From Verrucomicrobiota bacterium (GTDB lineage: Bacteria; Verrucomicrobiota; Verrucomicrobiia; Opitutales; Seribacteraceae): a stretch of DNA of 64,000 nucleotides. This document shows positions 9,706 through 20,564 of this stretch, one piece after another (position 1 is the first letter of the stretch; every line of letters starts with the position of its first letter). The notes under the pieces are model-generated. The model made no database searches. It saw nothing but the letters and a program-made list of their open reading frames with translations, and was not told the origin of the DNA. Position numbers and translations under genes: made by a program. Where the stretch lies: positions 256,001 through 320,000 of the forward strand of contig JAQBYT010000001.1 of NCBI GenBank assembly GCA_027622665.1, read 5' to 3'.

Positions 9706-9813
9706 TTTGCTACACTGATTAGCTACACTTTCCAGCCTAGCAAAGTGTAGCCGCATGTCTCGACTGGAGCAGGCATGAAAACTGCCGACCCCTATAGATA
9801 CTAGTTTTGTAGC
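9706..9813. repeat. cluster of GCTACA(CT)/TGTAGC direct and inverted repeats
   Basis: GCTACACT at 9709 and 9722; perfect 10-bp inverted repeat GCTACACTTT(9722-9731)/AAAGTGTAGC(9742-9751); TGTAGC at 9808. Confidence 0.7.
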
Positions 9814-9832
9814 CTATTTCCAGGTGGCCCTC

Positions 9833-9906
9833 GGCCGTGCAGCTCAACCCTTGAGCGAGTGACTGTTAATCAATGGTAGACTGATTCGAATCCAGCATGC
9901 GCAGCC
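9833..9906 (+). pseudogene. degenerate full-length tRNA-Asn(GTT)-like sequence
   Basis: AGCTCA...GAGC D arm, GACTGTTAATCA anticodon loop and TTCGAATCC T loop at tRNA spacing; acceptor and T stems mispaired, no CCA. Confidence 0.7.
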
Positions 9907-9926
9907 CCTCTTTTTGCTAAGGCTGG

Positions 9927-11291
9927 CTACGGTTCTCGTACATCCAATTCAGGCCAACGGTCTAATTTTCGGTGAAGCGTTCGACGGCTTACTCCCATTA
10001 GCTCCGCGGCCTTCGTACGATTGCCCCCCGCCCGAACCAAGGCGTTGCGGAGGAGACGTTTTTCATTTTCCTCCACCGAAAGATTCTCACCGGGGGAGCG
10101 TTCGTCTACGAGGAGATCAGTAGGTGCGGAGAAGCGGGGATCAAGATCATACTCGGTAATTTCGCTTCCTCTCTTGAGAACAACCATATTCTCACAAAAG
10201 TTTCGCAACTCCCGGACATTGCCCGGCCAGGAATACGAGCGAAGGATGGATAATGCCTGAGCACTGGGAATCGGGGTAGTCAAACCGTTCTCCTCGGCAA
10301 ACTCTTCCAAAAAATGGTTAAGGAGGATTGGAACGTCGTCTGCACGTTCTCGAAGCGAGGGAAGTTGGATACGAATAACGTTGAGCCGGTAAAACAAGTC
10401 GTCCCGAAACTCGCCTTTCTTGAGCATATTTTCGAGATTCCGATTCGTGGCACAAACAAGTCGCGCATTTACGACAATCGGCTTCATACTGCCAAGACGC
10501 TCAATTGTTTTGGATTCTAAAAAACGAAGTAGCTTCACTTGAGTTGAAGGATCGATTTCTCCAATTTCATCTAAAAAGAGAGTTCCATTGTCCGCCGCCT
10601 CAAAACGACCGATACGCCGTTCGGCAGCACCTGTGAAAGCACCTTTCTCATGTCCGAACAATTCACTTTCCAAAAGATTTGCAGGAAGAGCAGCGCAGTG
10701 GACAGGTACGTATGGGCCCCGAGCGCGGTCGCTGTTTTGATGAATGGCTTGAGCAATCAGTTCTTTGCCCGTACCGGTCTCACCCTGCAGTAAAACGGAA
10801 GCTTTGGAAGGTGCAACCAGCCTCACCTTCTCCAACACCTCCTCAAGAGCCGAAGACTCACCCAAGATGCCATCAAAACTGTATTTCTTATCTAGGCGAC
10901 GATGAAGAGCTGCATTTTCCTCAGTTAAATTCCGTGAATCAAGACCACGGCGAATGAGGATTTCCAATTTCTCCAGGTTCAAGGGCTTAGAGAGAAAATC
11001 AAAAGCTCCCCGTTTCATGGCTTCCACGGCAACATCTACGTCTCCATAGGCCGTCATCATTATGCAAACAGGCCTGTTCGGCATCCGAATGGCATGATCA
11101 ATAACGCTCATTCCGGAAGATCCCGACATGCGAAGATCAGTCAGGACGATATCGAATTTCTCGGCATCAAGTAGGTTGAACGCTTCCTCGGGATCCGAAG
11201 CCAAGTATATGTCGTATTTCTCTTCAAGAGCTAACTCCAGGCCTTCGCGAGTGTGTTGCTCGTCGTCAACGATGAGGATTGTTGCTGGCAT
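9927..11291 (-). CDS. sigma54-dependent NtrC/AtoC-family response regulator (REC-AAA+-Fis HTH)
   Basis: ILIVDDE receiver, [40 protein letters not shown]-terminal HTH. Confidence 0.96.
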   Translation of the reverse strand: MPATILIVDDEQHTREGLELALEEKYDIYLASDPEEAFNLLDAEKFDIVLTDLRMSGSSGMSVIDHAIRMPNRPVCIMMTAYGDVDVAVEAMKRGAFDFLSKPLNLEKLEILIRRGLDSRNLTEENAALHRRLDKKYSFDGILGESSALEEVLEKVRLVAPSKASVLLQGETGTGKELIAQAIHQNSDRARGPYVPVHCAALPANLLESELFGHEKGAFTGAAERRIGRFEAADNGTLFLDEIGEIDPSTQVKLLRFLESKTIERLGSMKPIVVNARLVCATNRNLENMLKKGEFRDDLFYRLNVIRIQLPSLRERADDVPILLNHFLEEFAEENGLTTPIPSAQALSILRSYSWPGNVRELRNFCENMVVLKRGSEITEYDLDPRFSAPTDLLVDERSPGENLSVEENEKRLLRNALVRAGGNRTKAAELMGVSRRTLHRKLDRWPELDVREP

Positions 11292-11327
11292 TTCTAAATA
11301 ATTCAGTCGGATTGATATAAGTATATT

Positions 11328-12506
11328 TCACTGCTCCTCAAGTAGCTTCATTCGTCGATCTTTTCTTGGAAAACGGAGGGTCACAATAGTGCCCGCACCT
11401 GGCTTGCTGTCGATGCCTACGTCACCTCCATGATCTCGCATAATACGATAGACGATCATCATCCCTATGCCATGACCATTTTTTTTCGTGGTGTAATAGG
11501 GCTCGAACACCTTTGGAATATCTTCCTTCGCAATGCCGACCCCCGAGTCGACAAACTGTACATAGACGTTTTCGTCGTCTCCGCGAGTAACGATGCTTAA
11601 CTTTGGATCCTTCCCCATAGCGTCGATAGCGTTGCCAATCACATTGAAAAAAACCTGTTTCAATTGGTCTGGGTCTGCAAAAACGAAAGGTGTTTTCGCG
11701 CCCTCCTCCACTTGAATGCTTACCTTCCGGGCTTTAAATTCCTCTTCCCGACCTCGCAAGGATTCTTCCAGCAACTCAAGTAGGTTGGTATCACGAAAAT
11801 CAGGTTTCGAAGGTCGAATCGCCTCAAGAAAATGGGCAATGATGCCATCTAGGCGCTCCACCTCTTTCACGCAGGCGCCGAGGGACTTTTCAAGTTTTTC
11901 GTTTTCGGCTATTTCATCAAGACGGCGCATCATTAGCTGCAGATGAATATTAATCGAGTTGAGAGGGTTTCCGAGTTCGTGAGCAACTCCAGCAGCCAAG
12001 TTCATTACACTCGCTATCTTTTCGCTCTCGATCAACTCCTCGGTGGACACCTTGTCCTCCGTAACATCAGACAACACAACTGCAAGACTGCGAGAATGTT
12101 TGGTTGCTTCGAGATTGTCCTCGCTGTCGATGGGGACGGCATAGAGCCGAACATAGCGATATTCGGGATAAGAAATGCTTAACTCTCGTTTAATTACATC
12201 GGCTTCAGGAAATCCGGTCTTACGATCAAGCCCCAATGCTCGTGCAATCTCGGGTGCGGCTCGAGCCACCTTTACTTTTCCGACTGCACTTTCCTTCAAT
12301 CCAATTAGACGTCGACCTTGCAGGTTCGCGTACTGAATAGAGCCCGCACCATCGAGAACCAAAATTCCATCACGTATAACATCGAAGATGGTTTCCAATA
12401 ACCGCCGCTCCTTGGCCAACTTTTGCACCAGAATGCCAAGATTTACCTCGTCTAGGTCTTCAATGCGTCCAAGGACACGATCAAGTGGACTTCGGCGAGG
12501 TTTCAC
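11328..12506 (-). CDS. cytoplasmic PAS-HisKA-HATPase sensor kinase (NtrB/AtoS-like)
   Basis: GVAHELGNPL H-box, NAIDA, DSGVGI, FEPYYTTK, GHGIGM; no transmembrane segment evident. Confidence 0.95.
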   Translation of the reverse strand: MKPRRSPLDRVLGRIEDLDEVNLGILVQKLAKERRLLETIFDVIRDGILVLDGAGSIQYANLQGRRLIGLKESAVGKVKVARAAPEIARALGLDRKTGFPEADVIKRELSISYPEYRYVRLYAVPIDSEDNLEATKHSRSLAVVLSDVTEDKVSTEELIESEKIASVMNLAAGVAHELGNPLNSINIHLQLMMRRLDEIAENEKLEKSLGACVKEVERLDGIIAHFLEAIRPSKPDFRDTNLLELLEESLRGREEEFKARKVSIQVEEGAKTPFVFADPDQLKQVFFNVIGNAIDAMGKDPKLSIVTRGDDENVYVQFVDSGVGIAKEDIPKVFEPYYTTKKNGHGIGMMIVYRIMRDHGGDVGIDSKPGAGTIVTLRFPRKDRRMKLLEEQ

Positions 12507-13147
12507 GAATCTATCCTTTCCAAAAGAATACGGGCTACTTCAAGCTTCGGGGCGAGATCGATAGGGACGACCTCCCCATTTCTCCCAAGCAAAGTAACCT
12601 CGTTAAAATCGGATGCGAATCCACGCTCAGGCAATGACACATCGTTCACTACGATCCAATCAAGATTCTTTTCACGAAGCTTTCGCTCTCCATTGCTCAA
12701 GCAATCGTTTGTCTCAGCGGCAAAGCCGACGAGGTTTTGACCAGAAACTTTGCGGCGACCAAGTTCCGCCAAAATATCGGGAGTCTGCTCCAGTTCCAAA
12801 ATCGTGCTCATTTCACCTTTCTTTAGTTTGCTTTTAGCAACGAAAGCCGGTTTGTGGTCGCAGACGGCGGCAGCCATTATCATGAAGTCGCATGATGAAA
12901 AGATGTCAAGGCAAGCGGCAAGCATCTCATCAGCGGTTTCTACAAAAGTCCGTCTCACGCTGGACTTTACGTCAAGAGTAACCGGTCCGCTAATCAAATC
13001 TACTTCCCAGCCACGTTCACGAGCTGCATCGACTACGGCAAAACCCATCTTGCCCGTTGACGGGTTCGAGAGGAAACGGACGGGATCCAACCATTCTCTA
13101 GTGGGTCCCGCCGTAACCAAACAACGAATTGAGCTTGCTTTTGTCAC
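12503..13147 (-). CDS. coaB: stand-alone phosphopantothenoylcysteine synthetase (CoaB/DFP domain)
   Basis: VTAGPTREWLDPVRFLSNPSTGKMG, AAAVCD and VGFAAET motifs; no CoaC domain; start uncertain (GTG 13147 or 13195). Confidence 0.9.
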   Translation of the reverse strand: MTKASSIRCLVTAGPTREWLDPVRFLSNPSTGKMGFAVVDAARERGWEVDLISGPVTLDVKSSVRRTFVETADEMLAACLDIFSSCDFMIMAAAVCDHKPAFVAKSKLKKGEMSTILELEQTPDILAELGRRKVSGQNLVGFAAETNDCLSNGERKLREKNLDWIVVNDVSLPERGFASDFNEVTLLGRNGEVVPIDLAPKLEVARILLERIDS

Positions 13148-13218
13148 ATTGAAAGAAAGGCTCGCGATGATATCGAATTTTGCCGACAAACACAATATTT
13201 CTTAGAAACCAACATCAG

Positions 13219-13980
13219 ATGCAAAACCCAAAACGGGAAAACATTTGGCTGAATTTCGGATTCAATCTAATTCTGCCTATCTTAATCCTCCGAAAAGGAG
13301 ATGATTGGCTAGGAGATCCCCTTGCGGGTTTGCTTGACGCTCCCAGCGATGGACCACTGGTGGGTTCCGTCATTCTAGTCTTGGCGGTCTTATTCCCCAT
13401 AGGATACGGCATATGGGATCTGCTCCGTCGCAAGCGCTGGAACATCATTTCCATTTTGGGTGCAGTGAGTGCATTCCTTACCGGCGGCATAGGACTAGTT
13501 CCAGGTGCCACGGTCGCGATGTTCGCGATAAAAGAAGCAGCCCTTCCGGCCATTTTTGCCATATTGACCGTGGCAACGCTCAATACGAAAAAGCCTCTCG
13601 TAAAGTTGTTTTTATACAATCCCGACGTAATTAACGTGGATCGGGTGGAAGCCGCGTTGGAAGAACGCTCCGCAAAAGCCAAGTTCGACAGGCTGTTGGC
13701 CATGTGCACTTGGTACATTGCCTCAACCTTCATTCTAAGCGCCATTCTCAACTATGCTCTTGCGAGAATCATCGTTAAGACGGAACCGCATATAAACAAA
13801 ATCGCTTTCAACGATGAGGTTGGTTCTATGATGGTATGGAGTTTCCCGATTATCAGCATACCTTGCATGATCGTTACCGCTTTTGCCTTTTGGAAATTGA
13901 TACAAGGCATCAAGTCCCACGCAGGACTAGCCATTGAAGAAGTTCTTGTTGGCGCAGAACAGGTATCGAAAAATAAGTAA
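13219..13980 (+). CDS. multi-pass membrane protein, VC0807-like family
   Basis: About six hydrophobic segments; EN.W.N..FN.I.P and AIKEAALP, SAILNYALA motifs; ATG at 13219 preferred. Confidence 0.7.
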   Translation: MQNPKRENIWLNFGFNLILPILILRKGDDWLGDPLAGLLDAPSDGPLVGSVILVLAVLFPIGYGIWDLLRRKRWNIISILGAVSAFLTGGIGLVPGATVAMFAIKEAALPAIFAILTVATLNTKKPLVKLFLYNPDVINVDRVEAALEERSAKAKFDRLLAMCTWYIASTFILSAILNYALARIIVKTEPHINKIAFNDEVGSMMVWSFPIISIPCMIVTAFAFWKLIQGIKSHAGLAIEEVLVGAEQVSKNK

Positions 13981-13987
13981 AAGGGAT

Positions 13988-15274
13988 TTAGCGTTCTTCA
14001 AGTGGAATGTACAAGCGCTCAGGGGCACCTTGGTAAATTTGGCGTGGGCGATGGATTTTGCCGCCACTCTCAGCAATTTCTTTCCAGTGAGCAAGCCATC
14101 CAGGAGCCCGACCGATAGCAAAAAGGACCGTAAACATATCTGTGGGAAATCCTAAAGCTTGGAGGATAATACCGCTGTAAAAATCGACGTTTGGATATAG
14201 CTTTCGCTTAATGAAGTACTCGTCCTGCAATGCCACCTCTTCAAGATGGCGAGCGATATCCAAAATGGGGGAAGAAACGCCTAAAGCTTCGAGAGCGCTA
14301 TCGCAGGCGCCTTTCAGGATTTTTGCTCGAGGATCGTAATTTCGGTAGACTCGATGCCCAAAACCCATAAGGCGAGTTTTGCCTTCCTTGGCAGCAAGAA
14401 TGAAACGCGAACCGTCATCTCCGGACTCATGAATCTCGTCGAGCATTTTGATGACAGCCATGTTTGCCCCCCCATGAAGAGGACCCCAAAGAGCACATAC
14501 CGCACCAGCAAGAGAAGCGAACGGGTTCGCCCCGCCTGATGCGATCATTCGACCGGTGGAAGTGGAACAATTTTGCTCATGATCGGCATGCAGAAGGAAA
14601 ATGAGATCCAAGGCTTTACTTACTGCGGGAGGGATCGCTTCACCGTTGTCGGTCTTGGAAAACATCATGGAGAGAAAATTCTCGCAGTAAGTATTCTCAG
14701 GATTGCTTTTGATCGGCGCAAGCCCCATGCGGGATCGGTGGTGCCGGGCAGCAATCTGCCGAATCGCCGAAATAATGATTGCTGCAGATTCGTCGAAGAC
14801 TGCCAAGTCCTTGACTCGGTCATTCGAAATCTTGTCGGGATGGCAGGTGCCGAGCGCATGAATACCGGCCGAAAGAACCGCCATAGGGTGAGCATCCTGA
14901 GGAAAGGCCTCAATGACGTTAGCCACCGATTCGGGAAGAACACCAGCTGCTGAAACACGTTGGCGAAAAGCCGTCAATTGGTCGTGGTTTGGAAGCTCCC
15001 CATAGATAACGAGATAGGCAGATTCGAGAAAAGTTGATTTTTTGGCTAATTCTTCGATGGGATAACCTCTGTAGCGAAGAATCCCCTTGTCGCCGTCAAT
15101 AAACGTAACCTTGCTTTCGCAAGAACCGGTATTGCCGTAACCATCGTCAAAAGTAATGAGACCGCTCTGCTGTCGAAAAGACCGCATGTCTATGGCACTC
15201 TCGTCCTCCGTTCCAGTAATAATTGATAGGTCGTAATTATCGTTGCCGATACGAATAGTAGCCGAATCTTCCAT
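13988..15274 (-). CDS. gltA: citrate synthase
   Basis: HADHEQNCST, GPLHGGAN, GFGHRVY, YPNVDFYSG; ATG at 15274. Confidence 0.98.
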   Translation of the reverse strand: MEDSATIRIGNDNYDLSIITGTEDESAIDMRSFRQQSGLITFDDGYGNTGSCESKVTFIDGDKGILRYRGYPIEELAKKSTFLESAYLVIYGELPNHDQLTAFRQRVSAAGVLPESVANVIEAFPQDAHPMAVLSAGIHALGTCHPDKISNDRVKDLAVFDESAAIIISAIRQIAARHHRSRMGLAPIKSNPENTYCENFLSMMFSKTDNGEAIPPAVSKALDLIFLLHADHEQNCSTSTGRMIASGGANPFASLAGAVCALWGPLHGGANMAVIKMLDEIHESGDDGSRFILAAKEGKTRLMGFGHRVYRNYDPRAKILKGACDSALEALGVSSPILDIARHLEEVALQDEYFIKRKLYPNVDFYSGIILQALGFPTDMFTVLFAIGRAPGWLAHWKEIAESGGKIHRPRQIYQGAPERLYIPLEER

Positions 15275-15335
15275 GAGGAAAAAAAAGGATGAGTAGAAAA
15301 ACAAAAAGCAGAACCACAGAGTAGCCTGCGTAAGA

Positions 15336-15968
15336 TTAGGGTTGGTTTACATTATCAAGAAAATTTCGGTAGATTTGCAATCCTTTTGCCTGACTTTTTT
15401 CAGGATGAAACTGCGTAGCATGACAATTTCTCGAAGTAATACCGCTGACGAACTCTCCGCCATAATCAGTTCGTGAGAAAACGATATCATCGTTCTCAGG
15501 TTCCACTCGGTAACTGTGAACGAAGTAAAACTGGTCCCCATCAACCAATCCGGCACGTAACCACCTGGGAGCAGTTTCCGAAAACACTAGGCTATTCCAG
15601 CCCATGTGAGGCACCTTGAATTCTGCAGGTAGACAAAATCTAGACACCTTTCCCGGAAAAACGGAAAGGCCCGGGGCATTGCCCTCTTCCGACCATTCAA
15701 AAAGGACTTGTAGACCTAGGCAAATTCCGAAATAGGGCCTATCGGCAGTAATCCATTCCTTCAAGAGGACATCGAATCCACTTCTCTTTAAGGTGCCCAT
15801 GCAATCTGGGAAACAACCTTGCCCGGGAAATACTAGAGCTGATGCATTTTCTGCAGCTGAAGGCTTGGTTGCCAAAATCACCTCGGAACCTAGGTTCTCG
15901 AAAGCCTTCACAACGCTTCGAATATTGCCTGTGCCGTAATCGATTACAGCCAACTTCTGTCTCATCAT
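15336..15968 (-). CDS. hisH: imidazole glycerol phosphate synthase glutaminase subunit
   Basis: IDYGTGN, GICLGLQ, VPHMGWN, YFVHSY, QFHPEKS. Confidence 0.97.
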   Translation of the reverse strand: MMRQKLAVIDYGTGNIRSVVKAFENLGSEVILATKPSAAENASALVFPGQGCFPDCMGTLKRSGFDVLLKEWITADRPYFGICLGLQVLFEWSEEGNAPGLSVFPGKVSRFCLPAEFKVPHMGWNSLVFSETAPRWLRAGLVDGDQFYFVHSYRVEPENDDIVFSRTDYGGEFVSGITSRNCHATQFHPEKSQAKGLQIYRNFLDNVNQP

Positions 15969-15999
15969 CACAGGTGCTATGGTAAGTCGCAATAGAACT

Positions 16000-16602
16000 T
16001 CACTCGGAAAGCGTACCCTTGGTTGAGGGTATCGCTCCCCCGAGACGAGGTTCGTAACGGGTGGCCGCGTCTAGAGCACGGGCAAATCCCTTGAACACGG
16101 CTTCCACCACATGGTGCGGTTCTTCACCATACTCGAGGCGAACATGAAGGTTGGCTCCAGCTTCATTGGCAAAAGCCTGAAAAAATTCCTTGAACAAATT
16201 CACATTGAAGTCGCGGACAAAAGTGACGGGGGGCTCGGCATTATAAACTAGGTATGGACGATTGCTCAGATCCAAGGAGACGGTTACGAGGGTTTCGTCC
16301 ATGGGTAAGACAAAGAAGCCGTAGCGAGTAATGCCAGCACGGTTGCCCAATGCCTTACGCACCGCCTGACCTAGGGCCAAACCCGTATCCTCCACAAGAT
16401 GATGGTAGTCCACTTCAATATCGCCTCGGGCATCCACCGAGAGGTCGAAGAAACCATGACGGGCAAAAAGCTCAAGCATATGGTCAAAGAAGGGAGCACC
16501 TGTATTGATTTCCCCTTTGCCCTCTCCGTCGAGATTCAAAGAGAGATTAACGCAGGTTTCATTAGTCTCCCGCGAAACTTCACCTATTCGTGTGTTTTCC
16601 AT
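16000..16602 (-). CDS. hisB: imidazoleglycerol-phosphate dehydratase (monofunctional)
   Basis: [32 protein letters not shown]. Confidence 0.98.
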   Translation of the reverse strand: MENTRIGEVSRETNETCVNLSLNLDGEGKGEINTGAPFFDHMLELFARHGFFDLSVDARGDIEVDYHHLVEDTGLALGQAVRKALGNRAGITRYGFFVLPMDETLVTVSLDLSNRPYLVYNAEPPVTFVRDFNVNLFKEFFQAFANEAGANLHVRLEYGEEPHHVVEAVFKGFARALDAATRYEPRLGGAIPSTKGTLSE

Positions 16603-17672
16603 TTCCTTAGAGTCTCCTTCAGCATGATCATTTCGTCCTCCCGTCCAATACTGATGCGTAAGAACGAAGAAGTCAAAGAATGATTGGGAAAGTGGCGAAC
16701 AAGGATACCATTTTGCTTGAGATGGGAGAAAAGACTCTGCGCTACTTCAAGACCGACCTCACCGTTAATAGTCCTTGGCTCAGTAAAAAGAAAGTTGGCG
16801 GCACTCTCGTAGGTTTTCCAGTTGCTGGAGCGAAAGTCATCCAGCGTATTTTTGCGAGTAGCTTTGATTTTTCTCGTTGTCTCTCGGAAGTAAGATTGGT
16901 CTCGAATTGAAGCAATTGCCGCAGCTTGGGCAAGCCTATCGACATTGTAGACTTCGCGAGCCTTGTTAAGAACCTCGATAAGCCCAGAATCTCCGAGAGC
17001 ATACCCGACCCGTAGCCCGGCTAACCCGTAAGACTTCGAAAGAGTTCGCGTAATGATCAGACGAGGACAATCGGCGAGCAACCCCACGGCATTGTGTGGC
17101 GCAAAGTCAGCATAGGCTTCGTCGGCAACGAGAATCCCAGGGAAACCATTATGAAAAGCACATAGAAAATCGTTGGTAAAAGCCGTCCCCGAAGGCGCGT
17201 TAGGGGTTGTAAGATAAAATAAATTGGCTCTACAAGCAAGGAGGTCGGACAAATCCAGCCCAAACCCCTCCTTAAAAGGAACTTCAACAAGTGGAGCATG
17301 TTGAAGTGAGGCAAGAACTGAATACAGAGAATAACTGGGAGAAGTCATGCCCGCGGGATGATCGTGATCCGTAAAACAACGGGCACAAAGGTTCAAGATA
17401 TCATCGGATCCATTTCCCACTAATACTTGATTCGGTTCAAGATCATGCAGATCAGCGATTGCTTCTCGGAGCGGGAAAGAAGTTGGGTTCGGATATAAAC
17501 GAAGTTTAGAAATTTCATCGTTTATTGCGGCAACAACATGTGGTGAGGGCGGGTAGGGGTTTTCGTTGGTATTAAGCTTGATTACCTCTTGCCTTCCCAA
17601 AGATTGCTCGCCGGGAACGTAGCCGGAATGCACCTGCATATGGGGCAGCACGCGCGAAACGGGAGAAGACAC
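16584..17672 (-). CDS. hisC: histidinol-phosphate aminotransferase
   Basis: [35 protein letters not shown]. Confidence 0.97.
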   Translation of the reverse strand: MSSPVSRVLPHMQVHSGYVPGEQSLGRQEVIKLNTNENPYPPSPHVVAAINDEISKLRLYPNPTSFPLREAIADLHDLEPNQVLVGNGSDDILNLCARCFTDHDHPAGMTSPSYSLYSVLASLQHAPLVEVPFKEGFGLDLSDLLACRANLFYLTTPNAPSGTAFTNDFLCAFHNGFPGILVADEAYADFAPHNAVGLLADCPRLIITRTLSKSYGLAGLRVGYALGDSGLIEVLNKAREVYNVDRLAQAAAIASIRDQSYFRETTRKIKATRKNTLDDFRSSNWKTYESAANFLFTEPRTINGEVGLEVAQSLFSHLKQNGILVRHFPNHSLTSSFLRISIGREDEMIMLKETLRKWKTHE

Positions 17673-17674
17673 CT

Positions 17675-18976
17675 TTAGTGAAAGTTTTCGAAGCGGATCG
17701 CAAGAGAGCGACCGTGAGCATCCAACTCTTCCATAGCGGAAAAACGAGAGATCACTTCATCGGCCTTACGAAGAGCCTCAAGATCGTAGCGTACGATACT
17801 GGAGCGACGAAGGAAATCGCTAAGACGTAAACCTGCAGAAAAACGAGAGGTTCGGCCCGTAGGCAGAACATGACTAGGCCCTGCCGCAAAATCACCTAAC
17901 ACCGTTGGGGTGTAATGCCCTTGAAGAATAGAACCTGCGGTAGTAATTGAGGAAGTAAAACGTTCAACCTTTGAATCGTCTATCTGCAGTTCCAAATGTT
18001 CCGGAGCTACGAAGTTAGCCACTTCAAACGCTCGTTTTTCGGAGCTAACCCGAATAGTGAATAACCCGGTTTTGAGAACGTTACGAATGGCATCTCGATG
18101 AGAAAGGGTTGCCAGTTGTTTTTCTGTCTCGACAAGGGATAATTGAAGAATCTTTTCGTCCAAACAAAGGAGAAACACGTTTTCCTTGCCAGAACCATGT
18201 TCAGCTTGAGCCAAAAGCGCGGCAGCGACATAAGCGGGGCGGGCAGTCTCATCGGCGACGACCATTACCTCGCTCGGTCCGGGCAAAAGGTCTATGCCGA
18301 CCGTACCGAAAACCTGCCGCTTCGCCTCATTCACATAGACATTGCCTGGGCCGAAAATTTTATCAACGGGAGCAATCGTTTCTGTCCCATAGGCAAGTGC
18401 AGCCACAGCTTGTGCACCTCCCGCCTTGTAAACCTCATCCACACCACAAAGAGAAAGGGCGGCGAGCAAAGGCGGTGCAATCGTCCCGTCAGGTCTCGGT
18501 GGTGTGGTAAGGGCTATCTCAGGAACACCTGCCGCTTTAGCTAAGACTGTCGTCATTATAACAGTAGAAACTAAAGGCACTTGACCGCCGGGTACATAAA
18601 TTCCAACTCGCCGCAGAGGATAGTATCGCTCGCCAACGGCACCGCCATGGGAATTAGTAGACATCCAGTCTTCGCTTTGACAATGAGAATGAAATGCACG
18701 AACATTTTCGATGGCTTCCTCGATTGCTGATCGATCCCGCGCCTCGAGGGCTTCTTCGGCCTGATTGAATTCGGATGCACTTACGCACTGCTCGGCGGAA
18801 GTCAAGGAAGCTCGGTCAAACTGAGAGGTAAAAGACAACAATCCGTCGTCACCGTCCTCACGAACCTTTTTCAAAATAGAGGTCACTGCACTTTCTACTT
18901 CAGGATTTCGAGAAGAACTCGAGATGGACGCGAGTTTCTCAAACAATTCTGAATCTTCCCCGTCTATATGCTGCAT
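17675..18976 (-). CDS. hisD: histidinol dehydrogenase
   Basis: GIYVPGG, GGAQAVAA, GPGN, PGPSE, QAEH, APEHLEL, GPSHVLPT. Confidence 0.98.
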   Translation of the reverse strand: MQHIDGEDSELFEKLASISSSSRNPEVESAVTSILKKVREDGDDGLLSFTSQFDRASLTSAEQCVSASEFNQAEEALEARDRSAIEEAIENVRAFHSHCQSEDWMSTNSHGGAVGERYYPLRRVGIYVPGGQVPLVSTVIMTTVLAKAAGVPEIALTTPPRPDGTIAPPLLAALSLCGVDEVYKAGGAQAVAALAYGTETIAPVDKIFGPGNVYVNEAKRQVFGTVGIDLLPGPSEVMVVADETARPAYVAAALLAQAEHGSGKENVFLLCLDEKILQLSLVETEKQLATLSHRDAIRNVLKTGLFTIRVSSEKRAFEVANFVAPEHLELQIDDSKVERFTSSITTAGSILQGHYTPTVLGDFAAGPSHVLPTGRTSRFSAGLRLSDFLRRSSIVRYDLEALRKADEVISRFSAMEELDAHGRSLAIRFENFH

Positions 18977-19005
18977 TTAGAAAAGGCTTATACTGGGAAG
19001 ATAGC

Positions 19006-20544
19006 TTACTCCCATTCTATAGTGCTTGGTGGCTTAGAACTCACATCGTAGACAACACGATTTGCTCCCTTAACTTCATTGATTATTCGATTTGAGACCG
19101 TGCGCAATAGCTTGTCGGGCAACTTTGCCCAATCGGCAGTCATCGCATCGCTACTAGTTACGGCACGAATTGCAATGACGTTATCGTAGGTTCGTTCGTC
19201 CCCCATAACCCCAACGCTCCGGACTGGAAGGAACACGCAAAATGCCTGCCAAAGTTTATAGTATTGACGAGAGTTAAACAGCTCTTCCTGAAAAATCGCA
19301 TCTGCTTCACGGAGAACGCGCAAACGGGCTCGAGTAACTTCACCAATGATGCGTACGGCCAATCCTGGCCCAGGAAAAGGATGCCGGTAAAGGACATCCT
19401 TCGGTAACCCCAAGCCAAGACCAACTTCCCGGACTTCGTCTTTGAAAAGCTCACGAAGAGGCTCGATTAATTTGAGCTTCATTTTCTTGGGCAGTCCACC
19501 CACATTGTGATGACTTTTGATGACAGCGGCCGGATTACCGGCAATAGGAATGCTTTCAATGACATCTGGATAGAGAGTTCCTTGAGCCAAAAATTCGACA
19601 CATCCAATGCTTTTGACGGCATCATCAAAAACTTCAATAAAGGTTTTTCCGATGATTTTCCTTTTGCGTTCGGGGTCAGAAACCCCCTTCAGTCTCTTCA
19701 GGAAAAGAGATGAAGCGTTAATCACCTTAAGACGCGAGGGAAAGTTATCACTAAACAGTTGTTCAACTTCACTTCGCTCATTGAGACGCAGCAGACCGTT
19801 ATCGACAAAGACACAAGTGAGATTCTCGCCTATCGCCCGATGAAGAAGACCTGCCGCCACCGAGGAATCCACTCCGCCACTGAGACCAAGAAGAACTCGC
19901 TTGTCGCCTACGACATCGCGAATGTCCAAGATCGTTTTCTTGGTAAAGTCATCGAGACGCCAATCGGCCTTACATTCACAAATATTTCGAAGGAAATTGT
20001 GGATCAGTTCCCTCCCTCCATCCGTATGCTCAACCTCGGGATGAAATTGGAGGCCATAAAAGCGTCGTTTGGGATCTTCAATCGCGGCAAACTCGGAGTT
20101 TTCGGAGGAAGCCACCGCCCTAAAACCTTTCGGAAGTTTCGAGAGACGATCTCCGTGAGAATTCCAAACAATAAATTTCGGTGGAAGTCCCTCAAACAGC
20201 CCCCCCTTTCTGATCGTTTTAAGTTCCCCTCGACCGTATTCTCTAAGATCGCTGGATTCAGCTTTTCCCCCGAGCATGTTGCCCATGAGTTGCAAGCCAT
20301 AACATATTCCGAGAACAGGTAATCCCATACGAAACAAGGCAGGGTCGGGCTTGGGGGCATCCTTCGCAAGAACACTGGCTGGACCACCGGAAAGAATAAT
20401 GCCAGACGGGGAAAGCCTCTCTAGTTGTTTAACGGGAGTGTCAAAAGGGAGGACTTTAGAAAAAACATTCGACTCGCGAATGCGACGGGCAATGACCTGT
20501 GTGTATTGCGATCCGAAATCGAGAACAATAATGGTTTGCGGCAT
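19006..20544 (-). CDS. guaA: GMP synthase (glutamine-hydrolysing)
   Basis: [37 protein letters not shown]. Confidence 0.99.
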   Translation of the reverse strand: MPQTIIVLDFGSQYTQVIARRIRESNVFSKVLPFDTPVKQLERLSPSGIILSGGPASVLAKDAPKPDPALFRMGLPVLGICYGLQLMGNMLGGKAESSDLREYGRGELKTIRKGGLFEGLPPKFIVWNSHGDRLSKLPKGFRAVASSENSEFAAIEDPKRRFYGLQFHPEVEHTDGGRELIHNFLRNICECKADWRLDDFTKKTILDIRDVVGDKRVLLGLSGGVDSSVAAGLLHRAIGENLTCVFVDNGLLRLNERSEVEQLFSDNFPSRLKVINASSLFLKRLKGVSDPERKRKIIGKTFIEVFDDAVKSIGCVEFLAQGTLYPDVIESIPIAGNPAAVIKSHHNVGGLPKKMKLKLIEPLRELFKDEVREVGLGLGLPKDVLYRHPFPGPGLAVRIIGEVTRARLRVLREADAIFQEELFNSRQYYKLWQAFCVFLPVRSVGVMGDERTYDNVIAIRAVTSSDAMTADWAKLPDKLLRTVSNRIINEVKGANRVVYDVSSKPPSTIEWE

Positions 20545-20564
20545 GGGGAACCGTTGCTGACTAA

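Noticed and set aside
9770..9786. CAGGCATGAAAACTGCC as a sigma54 -24/-12 promoter
   Set aside because: GG-N10-GC spacing is right but flanks deviate from TGGCAC/TTGC; it is equally a small hairpin and no intact gene lies downstream
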